Of a stretch of 64,000 nt of DNA, positions 55,101 through 64,000 are shown one piece after another. The first letter of the stretch is position 1, and every line of letters begins with the position of its first letter. This DNA comes from an uncultured Lentisphaerales bacterium (GTDB taxonomy: Bacteria > Verrucomicrobiota > Lentisphaeria > JABSQK01 > UBA12247). The stretch is taken from assembly GCA_943788985.1 (NCBI GenBank), contig CALSSJ010000018.1, forward strand, positions 79,093 through 143,092. The letters run 5' to 3'. Made by a program: the position numbers and the translations under genes. The notes under the pieces are model-generated. The model saw nothing but the letters and a program-made list of their open reading frames with translations. It did no database searches and was not told where the DNA came from.

Positions 55101-56801
55101 TGTGAAACGCCATCAATAAACCATTCCACGGTCGCCCCAGGTTCGGTGCTGATTTCAATGGTTGGGGTGGTGTCGTTGGTGATATCGTCGCTATCGGAAG
55201 TGCCGGTATCAGACGCCGCCTGTAGATCGGCAACTGGCGTGCTGGGTGCGCTGTTGTCGACCAGATAAGTCTGGTCCGTGCCCGGCTCAGTATTCGGCAG
55301 CGCATTGCCAGCTAGGTCGGTGATGTTTTGCCCGCCTGCCAGATCGAGACCCACGGTGCCGTCCAGCCCGGCGAGGTCGCCGCCCGAAACGGTAACGTCG
55401 TAGACATCGGCCGAGACCTGGTTCACGTTGGATACGGTCGCGGTGGTTGCACTGACAGCGAAGTCCGCTGGATCAACGCTGGCGACATCCTCGCTGAAGG
55501 TGACGCGAAATACCAGTGTATCTGCATTGGTTGGCGACGTGGCCGGGGTATTGCGCTCGAAGCTGGTAGTGCTGGGTGCCGCAGTGTCAATGGTCACATT
55601 CAGGGCATTCGAGGCGGCGCTGGTGTTACCAGCGTCGTCGGTAGACTGGGCGGTGAACGCATATGTGCCGGGAGCGAGATCACTGCTGGGCGTAAACGTT
55701 GCCACACCGCCACCATCCGCGGTGGTCGTTCCCTGTGAAACGCCATCAATAAACCATTCCACGGTCGCCCCAGGTTCGGTGCTGATTTCAATGGTTGGGG
55801 TGGTGTCGTTGGTGATATCGTCGCTATCGGAAGTGCCGGTATCAGACGCCGCCTGTAGATCGGCAACTGGCGTGCTGGGTGCGCTGTTGTCGACCAGATA
55901 AGTCTGGTCCGTGCCCGGCTCAGTATTCGGCAGCGCATTGCCAGCTAGGTCGGTGATGTTTTGCCCGCCTGCCAGATCGAGACCCACGGTGCCGTCCAGC
56001 CCGGCGAGGTCGCCGCCAGAAACGGTAACGTCGTAGACATCGGCCGAGACCTGGTTCACGTTGGATACGGTCGCGGTGGTTGCACTGACAGCGAAGTCCG
56101 CTAGGTCAACGCTGGCGACATCCTCGCTGAAGGTGACGCGAAATACCAGTGTATCTGCATTGGTTGGCGACGTGGCCGGGGTATTGCGCTCGAAGCTGGT
56201 AGTGCTGGGTGCGCTGTTGTCCGGGATCCCCGCACCGTAATCTTCGACTTCACCTGAACTCGCGTCGTTCCCGCCAGGTTGATCGACGTTATTAGCACCA
56301 CTGATGCGGAAACGGGCGTACGTTTGCGAAACGCTATTGGCGGGCACGATGGGGAAGGTTACCGGTATGACCGCGTTCGTGCTGCCATCGGGAACGATGG
56401 CGCTCGCCCGCTCGGTCATATCGAATTCGCCACTACCGTCGTAGTCAATCCAGCCGAAGACCGTGCAGTCACTGCCAGTGCGATTGTTCACTATGATGTT
56501 GATGACCGGCGCTACGCCAATCTGGTAGGGCAAGAAGCCATCGGCGAGACAGTCCCTCGTCCGCACCGTCGCCAGAGGCATCCAACGTCGGCACGCCGTC
56601 GTCATCGGCATCCACAGTGGATCCTAAATAGGGGCCATCGATCGCATCAACCAAATGGCGTGGCCCACCACTGGTCTGGAGGGTTTTGATAACTGTCGGT
56701 GTGCGTCGCCGAAATCCCGCGTCGGGGGTTGGTGGGGCAAAGCAAACGGTGGCCGTCAGGCTACAGAGTAGACAGAGCGGGAGTAGAAGAGCGCGGTTCA
56801 T
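37145..56801 (-). CDS. Giant (~6550 aa) secreted adhesin-like protein: GEVED, Ig-like repeats, SdrD-B, Calx-beta, cadherin, FG-GAP and unnamed repeats; N-terminus frameshifted
   Basis: 6488-aa ORF 37145-56611, plus a signal peptide (MNRALLLPLCLLCSLTATVCFA) and a DFGDA..GEVED domain start in shifted frames up to 56801. Confidence 0.88.
48603..56221 (-). repeat. Coding tandem array with a 633-bp period: 13 A units (330 bp) and 11 B units (303 bp)
   Basis: Antisense ORFs recur every 633 bp (49731...55428), with one 963-bp step from 48768. The units are near-identical at DNA level. Confidence 0.95.
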
Positions 56802-57222
56802 CAGTGTGGACTCCGATTATGGAAAGATGATTTGTTAGGGAATGACATTGGAAAGGTGGAAGCTAACATCGCTTAGCGTGCCACTTGTTGAACCTGCCTA
56901 CCTGAAAAGTCAAGCAGACGCGAGGCGCGCACGCCTCGTCTCAGAAGCGAAAGGGGGAGGGCCCCGGTGGCACTGGTGAGTGCTTGCCACCCTATTCGGT
57001 CCCGCCGCCGCTTGTAGGCAGGCCTCCCGCCCGCAACGCAACGGTGCGTCGCGAGAGCACCATGGCTGAGGCGACCCGAAGTGACAACTAGATCTATTTC
57101 GTGCTCGTTTGCTCGACATCCTTACCTGTGAGAATATTTCGGACCAGGCGTCGGAACTGCCTTGCCTGCGGCGAATTTAAACGCGAATGACTAGACTTCA
57201 AGTTGATGGTCGAAGTTAGATC

Positions 57223-57990
57223 ATGAAATTGCTGTGTGACTACGAATTGAAGAGTGATGGCTTTGCGCTTTGGTACAAGCGCCTGGAATCTGGCCGCTTC
57301 CGCTTGCCAGGAACGGGGCAAACGATGGCGTTGCAGCGCAGAGAGTTGACGGCGCTTCTTGAAGGCGTAACACCATTGAAATACGAGCGCAGATTCGGCC
57401 AAAACAGGCAGTAAATCTACGGAAATATGGCTGCTTTTTGCTCGGCAGATTGTACTGTATTTCATGCAGACTGAAGCCGCCATTGATCCTCAAGAAATCA
57501 TCCGCCGACAAGCGGAAGATATTGCTCTGCTCAAAGAAGAAATAGCCTGATTGAAGAAGCAGATCTTTGGCAGGAAAGGCGGGCGACTGGTGGACTTTGT
57601 TGCTGCTCAACCGGAATTAGATCTTGCGCTGCCAATCGAGCCAGAGCCAGCGCCCAGTCCAGAGAAGGGCCCGAGGTACAACCATACGAACGCAAGAGCA
57701 AGAAGCGCCAGCCAAAGCGGTTCGAGATTCCGGACGATCTTCCGTTGAAAGAGGACGGTCTTGGACGTTCCAGAAGAGGATCGCATCTGCTTGGAGACAG
57801 GAAAGCCCCTGGTCAAAATCAGGGATGAAGTCAGCGACAAACTGGCCTTTCGTCCCTGACTACTTCTTCATCAAGCGTACGATCTGACCGCTGTATGTGT
57901 CGCAGGATGCACCGGATGATGGGGTGACGGTCGCTCAACTGCCACCACAGCCGCTCACCAATAGCCGGGTAGATGTCAGTGTTTTGGTCG
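57223..57990 (+). mobile_element. Degenerate IS66-family remnant (tnpB fragment + 5' part of tnpC)
   Basis: TnpB-like DGFALWYKRLESGRF..ELTALLEGV. TnpC-like LKKQIFGRK, IPDDLP..VPEEDRICLETGKPLVKI.DEVSDKL, QLPPQPL, with stops and frameshifts. Confidence 0.8.
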
Positions 57991-58221
57991 CCGTTGATGG
58001 TGAGGCTGGTTGTGGGGTTGACAAATGTGGTGTTCTCGAAGCCTGCGCCTTAAATCCGGCCACTGCCGCCGCCCACATCGACCACTTCGATATTCTGGGC
58101 CGTGGTGAAGGTGAAGACAATGTCGGCCGCGGTCCCAAGATTCGCGATGGGCTCAAAAAACGGCTAGAGCCGTCGGACTACGCGGATGAGAGTCCGCGTA
58201 GCCCGACAGATGCGGTCGCTG

Positions 58222-58886
58222 CTATTTGATTTCCAGCAGCTCGACATCGAACAGCAGAACGGAGTTTGGCGGAATGCCGGGGCGTCCGCCTGGGCCGTAA
58301 GCCATGTCAGGGTGAATGGCGAACCGATACTTTGCGCCAACCGACATGAGCTGCACGCCTTCGGTCCAGCCTTTGATCAACACCATTCAGTGGGAAGGAG
58401 GCCGGCTCATCGCGCTTGTAGGAGCTGTCGAATTCCGAACCGTCAAGAAGCGTGCCAGCGTAGTGCACGCTGACGGTGTCGGTTGGCCTTGGGCTTGGGG
58501 CCTTCAGCTGCGGTGAGAACTTTGTACTGCAAGCCGCTGGCGGTGGTGGTCCAGCCTTCTGCCTTGCCGTTCTCAGCCAAGAATGCTAGTCCGGTGGCGA
58601 GGTTTTCCTTGCCTGCGCCTGCTTGCTGCGCCTCGGAGGCCGCCTGTGCCTTGGCGCTGAGCGCCTGCGTGAGCTGGTTCATTTCCGCCGCTGAGAGTTT
58701 GGGCTTGGTGCCGTTCATGCCAGCAGTGATTCCTTCCATCAGGGCGTCGATGTTAATCTCGTCCTTGACTGGCTGGAGTGAACTACCCATTCGGTAACCA
58801 ATGGTGTAGCTGGTGTTGTCTTTGGCTTCGTCTGCGAGTGTGGTCATAGCGATCATTAACAGGGTGAGGGATAAGCGATAAGTCAT
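58222..58886 (-). CDS. FKBP-type peptidyl-prolyl isomerase (FkpA/FklB-like); two frameshifts
   Basis: [23 protein letters not shown], then in shifted frames [43 protein letters not shown]. Confidence 0.85.
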
Positions 58887-58954
58887 GGAGAGGTCCTTAG
58901 TCCGTTTGTGCTCAATTCGCAGAATTAACAGCATACGCCCTGATTGCAACCAGA

Positions 58955-61245
58955 TTACACGCGGCGACGCTTGGTGCGCAGCAGTAATTCGCGCAAGTGC
59001 TCCGTGGACTCTGCCTGGAACCAACCGGTCTCAAATGCGGGAGACTGCACGATCTGGGCGATCGCCGAAAGGCAGCGGAGGTGCAGGTTCCGTTGGTCGC
59101 GACTGCTGGCCATGACGAACAAGATGTGGACCACGTCCTCGTCTTCGCTAAAGCGGATCCCGCTCTTTGCGCGGGGCAATTAGCAGGTGACTGCGCTCCA
59201 TGCCATCAAGCAGGATGTGGGGGATGGCCACACCTTGTCCGAGCACTGTGCCGCTGGACTGCTCGCGCTCGCGGTAGGCTGCGATGACTTCGGCAGCAGA
59301 CCTGCCGAGTTCTTCAGCCAGGGAGGGCGCAATCTTGCCCCAAAAACGCCTCTAGATCTAGCGCTTCGGGGAAATCAAAAATCTTGGCCTTGGCCACCAA
59401 AAGATCGAATTGATCGACTTCCACTGCCGCCTTCGCCTTCTCGCGAATCAGGGTGACCTGATCGCCTAGCTCGAAGGTTTCGCCAGCGAGTACCGGACGC
59501 AGCGCGTCGTTGCGCTGAAACACGAGAGGAAGGACAACGCCTAATTCCGTCTCCTCGGCTAATCTCGCAGCGCTTTCCGCGTCTTTGATCACTGTGATCT
59601 CGGTCATGTGCTTGTTCTTGGCGACACATCGGCTCCACTCTTCTACGTCCAAGCCGCTGCGAAAAAGCACGCCCAGGTCTCCGCGTTCGAGGACGTTTGC
59701 AATGTTTGATTGCTTGCCGACTGCCAGCGCGACAGCGGTGTTGGGGACCAGGAACTGCTCTTGGGCCAGGCGTGCCCCGACGACATTCAGCTCGGAGTTT
59801 GAGGTGAGCGCGAGAAAACCCAGGCGGTTGATGAGGTCCACCTCGTCGACTAACATACCTTCGTCCAAGGCATTACCTTGAGTGTGACCGGGAGGCCCGC
59901 CTCCCGCGCCATGCGACAGTGGTCTTGGTTAACATCCAGCAGATGGACCGGGTTCTTGCTAGAGAGCATGGTGGCCAGCAGCCGCGCCAAGGGCCCAGCT
60001 CCCATAATGACGTAGCCCTCACGATGGCTCAGGCGCACGAGTTGATCATGCCGCTCGAGCAAGCTGACGCACCACTTCAGCGAGACTGGCACCAAGGCAG
60101 TCGTGAAGATAGCCATGAACACCAGAATGGAGAAGAGCGTCTGGTCAATGAGCCCAGCCTCTAGACCGATTCCGGCGATGATGATCTCCACGGCCCCCCG
60201 CCCATTCATGCCGCAACCAATCGTTAAGCCTTCCCGCCAGCCATGGGCCGCTGGGCAGGTAGAACAGGACGGTGCCGACGATCTTGCCGACGATGGCTAC
60301 GGCCACCACCGCAAACAACAGGCCCCCTGGGGCCTCGGAGAATACGTCGAACCGAAATTCGAACCCGGCAGTGACAAAAAATACCGGTGCAAACAGGCCG
60401 ATTGCCATGTCATGGATGCGCTTGGTGAGCTCGCGGTGTTGCTGGCGATCCGGAATCGACCGTCGGAGAAACAGCCCGGCCATGAATGCGCCCAGGATGT
60501 TGTGCAGTCCCATCAAGTGTGCGATTTCCCCGAAGGTCAGGGCCGCGAGCAGCACAACAGTAAGGGTAGCGGTGAGCCCTTCGATCCCGAGCTTTGGTGG
60601 CAATCGACTGACGATGGGCAGGACATAGAGGCCAAGCAGCGTGCAGATTCCGAAGAATAACAGCGCCTTGCCGCAGACAATACTCAGCATCAGAACGCTG
60701 ACCGTTCCTTCATCCGCAAAGCCAGTGATGCCGGCGAATACGACGAGCGCTGCGGTGTCCGCAAACAGGGCACCGGGCCATCAGGACCACGGCAATTCGC
60801 GTGTCCAGGAGCTTCAAGTCCAACAGAATGCGTGATTTTGCTGCCAGTGAGGTAACTCCAACAGCCATGCCGACAAACAGCCCCCCCCAGAACCGCGCTC
60901 CGCTCCTCCACGCCGCCGCGTTGCAGATACCAGTACGTGACTGCGAATCCCGCTCCGAACGGTACGACGAAACCACCAATGGCCGCGAGGATTGCGTTGC
61001 GCGACGCTTTCAGCAGTTCGCGAGGATCTATCTCAGCCCCGATATAGAGCATCATGATGAAGATCCCGAACTCGGCGATGAACTTCAGCCCCTCGTGATT
61101 GGGCAGCCAGCCCAGCAGCGCTGGACCAAGAATCATGCCAGCCAACAACTCCCCGAGCATAGACGGATAGCCAATGCGATTGGGCGATGACGCCGCCAAG
61201 CCATGCTGCTAGCAGTACTAACAGAAGTGAGATCATAAATTCCAT
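58955..61245 (-). CDS. CPA2 cation:proton antiporter + TrkA-N-like + PTS EIIA fusion; several frameshifts
   Basis: GYPSMLGELLAGMILGP, LHNILGAFMAG, MNGRGAVEII, IMGAGPLARLLA, ALTSNSELN, REQSSGTVLGQGVAIPH..HLRCLSAIAQ. Confidence 0.75.
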
Positions 61246-61418
61246 CAGGTTGTTCCTCCATAGCTCCGACGGGCGAAGTTGGCAAGTTACTTGAAACCTG
61301 CCGAAAGTGCAACTATAGAAATGCGCGTTAGCCACGAATCAAGGGCACAGAACAGCATTCTCGGCGCTTTAGCATATCGTACCGGGCAATCTGATTCAGA
61401 GGATACCGAGAACATCAC

Positions 61419-62443
61419 ATGCAAATAACAATCGTAAAGAAGCGCCTTAGCAATGGCCCAGCCCTGCGATAAGTGCGCGCAGGGCCGAGAATATGCTGCG
61501 TGATCGCGGCCTGTGGAAGCACATTGAACGCGAGGTCTGGGCGCTCGAGGGAGACAGCGAGTCCGAGGGCATGCGCCTGAGCGAAAAGCACAATGTCACA
61601 GTCGCACCCTATTTTATCGTGCAGAAGGACTCCGGGCACGAAGATATTTACACCAGCGTCCTGGCCTTCATCCGCGCCTGTTTTCCAAACGCGCCGAAGC
61701 GTAAGGCCGCCGCCAAACCAGCGAACGACCACGACGAGATCGAGCAGGCTGCAGTCAGCTTGGCCAACGAGCATCCGCGCGAGATCGTGCGCTGGGCACT
61801 GGAACGCTACGGCGAGGACTGCGCAATTTCGTTCAGTGGTGCAGAGGACGTCGCGCTGATTCATCTAGCGGTCGAGACCGGGGCTGCCGTTTTCCACCTT
61901 TTCCCTGGATACGGGGCGTCTGCATCCAGAGACGCTTGCCTTTATTGAGCGTGTCCGCTCCCCACTACGGCATCACCATCGATGTCATGTCTCCGGTCAC
62001 CTCGGAGCTGGAATGGTTCGTGCGTGATCGTGGGCTGTTCAGCTTTTACCAAGAGGGGCATAAGCCGTGTTGCGGAGTTCGCAAAGTGGGGCCGCTGAGG
62101 CGTACATTACAACGTCGTGATGCCTGGATTACCGGCCAGCGCAAGGACCAGAGCCCGAGCACGCGCAGTGATCTGGCGGTGGTTCAGGAGGACGGGGCGT
62201 TTCAAGGGCGGGCATGGATCGCTCATTAAAATGAACCCTTTAGCTAACTGGACGTCTACGCAGGTATGGTCCTACATTCGCAAGAACGACATTCCCTACA
62301 ACGAGCTGCACGATCAAGGCTTTATCTCGATCGGATGTGCGCCGTGCACGCGGGCAGTTCGCCCCGGCGAGCACGAGCGTGCTGCACGCTGGTGGTGGGA
62401 GAGTGAAACGCAACGTGAGTGCGGACTACACCCAAACAGTTGA
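61419..62443 (+). CDS. cysH: Fe-S type adenylylsulfate (APS) reductase with N-terminal thioredoxin-like domain; several frameshifts
   Basis: [19 protein letters not shown] (shifted frame), [36 protein letters not shown]-terminal [13 protein letters not shown] segment. Confidence 0.8.
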
Positions 62444-62507
62444 CCTCATCCCCGGGACGATTTGAATCTGTAATCGTTCGCTGACCACACCTATCTAGGA
62501 ATCCGAT

Positions 62508-63382
62508 ATGCGCTTTGCTATCCTGTTCTCGCTGCTGTTTTCTCTCGCCTCCTTTGGCGGCAATGCCTGGCTGAATGATTTTGCCAAAGCAAAGGAATTG
62601 GCCGCGAAGGAAAACCGTGCTCTGCTCGTAAACTTCACTGGATCTGACTGGTGCGGATATTGCATTCGCTTGCAGGATGCGGTCTTTAGCAAAAGAGAGT
62701 TTACTACGGCCGCTGCCAAAGATTACGTGCTGGTGGCAATTGATCTGCCTCGCCGGAAAAAGCTGGCTCAGCCGCTTCATGAGCAGAATGCAAAGCTGGT
62801 CCATGAGTACGGCATTGAGGGATTCCCACCGTGCTGTTGATGGATGCCGATGGGAATACCTTCGGGCGCCTTGGCTATGAGGAAGGTGGTCCGGACGTGT
62901 ATCTTGAGCACCTGAAAGGGTTCGCGGGCAATCGCAAAGAGCTGGGTGAGCTACGCGCGAAGTCTGTAGCTGGGGACTGAGGCGGAGCAGGCCAAGGCAA
63001 CTGCTGAATTGATTTGGTGGTACGAGACCAGGCAGATTCCGGCAGACAAGGAAGCGCTGCTGAACAAGATCAAGGCCCTAGATCCTGACAACAAGAGCGG
63101 CGCGATTACGCCGTTGAGGACATGGATAAGCTAATAGAACTTTCCAGCCAAGTTCCTGCCGGCCATGACTTTGCCGCCCAAGCCAAGGCTTTTGCCGCTG
63201 TCGACAAGCATGTGAGTGTGCGGTTCAACGCCTATCTTGCCCTTTTCGCGCATTACCAGCGTTCCGGCGATGTGGATAACGTGATTAGTACCCTCGAAGG
63301 GGCTCTGACTGTGGCTCCGGATGAGCAGATGAAACAGCGGATCCACGGAGCGATTGCGCAATTCCAGCAGATAAGAAAGTGA
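62508..63382 (+). CDS. Secreted thioredoxin-family protein with helical C-terminus; frameshifted
   Basis: Signal peptide; WLNDFAKAKELA, NFTGSDWCGYC, YGIEGFP, then MDADG..GRLGY in the shifted frame. Confidence 0.72.
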
Positions 63383-64000
63383 CCGAGCCGTGGCGTTCGC
63401 TATGCGAGTCGCTTGACCGCCACAAGGTCGCCTACGAAGCCAGCTGTGAGCTGGCAGGCTACACCACGTTTCGACTGGGCGGGCCTGCGCCACTGGTAGT
63501 CAGCTGTGGCCAGCCGGACGCGCTTTGTTGCGTCACTGAGCTGACTGCGGCCGCTGGGGTGCCAGTACGGCTGATCGGCGGTGGATCCAATCTGCTGATT
63601 TCCCGACACGGCCTGTCCGAGTGCATAGTGCGGTACGTCGCCGAGGGCAACGCAGCGAAGCCTGTGATCGCTGGCGACGCGTGGGAATTGGACGCATCTT
63701 TACCGTTTGATACCATCGGACGGCTTGCCGCCGAGCATGGCGTGGCTGGCTTGATCAATGCCTCCGGGATTCCCGGGACCATTGGCGGCGCTGTCGTTGG
63801 CAACGCTGGTGCCTTCGGCTGGCAGGTCGGCGATGCCCTGCAGTCCGTGGATTTACTAGAGCCCAGCGGTGCCCGAGTCACGGCGACGCCGAGAGAGCTT
63901 GGCTTCTCCTACCGGCATTCCGCCTTGCGCGATAGCGGCCGGGGCCGTACTTCGGATTCGGCTGCATGCGCCTTCGACCCTTTCACGGGAGCAAGGGCAG
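63379..64000 (+). CDS. murB: UDP-N-acetylenolpyruvoylglucosamine reductase (3'-partial, frameshifted)
   Basis: LAGYTTFRLGGPA, IGGGSNLLI, SGIPGTIGGAVVGNAGAFG, LGFSYRHS. Confidence 0.85.
   Translation, partial: MTEPWRSLCESLDRHKVAYEASCELAGYTTFRLGGPAPLVVSCGQPDALCCVTELTAAAGVPVRLIGGGSNLLISRHGLSECIVRYVAEGNAAKPVIAGDAWELDASLPFDTIGRLAAEHGVAGLINASGIPGTIGGAVVGNAGAFGWQVGDALQSVDLLEPSGARVTATPRELGFSYRHSALRDSGRGRTSDSAACAFDPFTGARA

Noticed and set aside
48603..56221. Long repeat array as CRISPR, or as separate repeated small genes (157-, 136- and 112-aa ORFs)
   Set aside because: Units are 633 bp, in-frame and have no unique spacers. The small ORFs are antisense or alternate-frame shadows of the adhesin.
61279..61295. 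Sigma-54 promoter-like TTGGCAAGTTACTTGAA upstream of cysH
   Set aside because: The -12 element is GA rather than the conserved GC, which is not enough support.

Overview
GC-rich bacterial window whose gene content (ThuA, DUF1080, PVC-type CxxCH protein, Tat-exported Gfo/Idh/MocA enzymes, sulfatases, HEAT proteins) suggests a PVC-superphylum organism. That taxonomic call is an inference. The left half (1-32 kb) is carbohydrate and sulfate-ester utilisation: a GH95-like hydrolase, an operon of ThuA + SGNH/CxxCH protein + sugar ABC transporter, a di-heme cytochrome and an arylsulfatase. It also holds a co-directional 16.7-30.5 kb cluster in which two Tat oxidoreductases, a HEAT protein and an MFS transporter are linked to a 7xCxxCH OTR/MmcA-like cytochrome with a C-terminal membrane module, an ApbE flavin transferase, a secreted discoidin-like protein, a TIGR03663/Agl23-like GT-C protein and a DUF1080 protein. 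This cluster is the best candidate for an undescribed system. The right half contains a metal-uptake gene pair behind a Fur-like box, a ~19.6 kb giant adhesin gene with a near-identical 633-bp repeat array and a six-fold unnamed domain pair, an IS66 remnant, an FKBP isomerase, two cation:proton antiporter-PTS EIIA fusions, a thioredoxin-like/APS reductase fusion, a thioredoxin-family protein and murB. Many genes carry single-base frameshifts, densest beyond ~56.5 kb, which are most likely sequencing or assembly indels. No rRNA, tRNA or CRISPR array was recognised.
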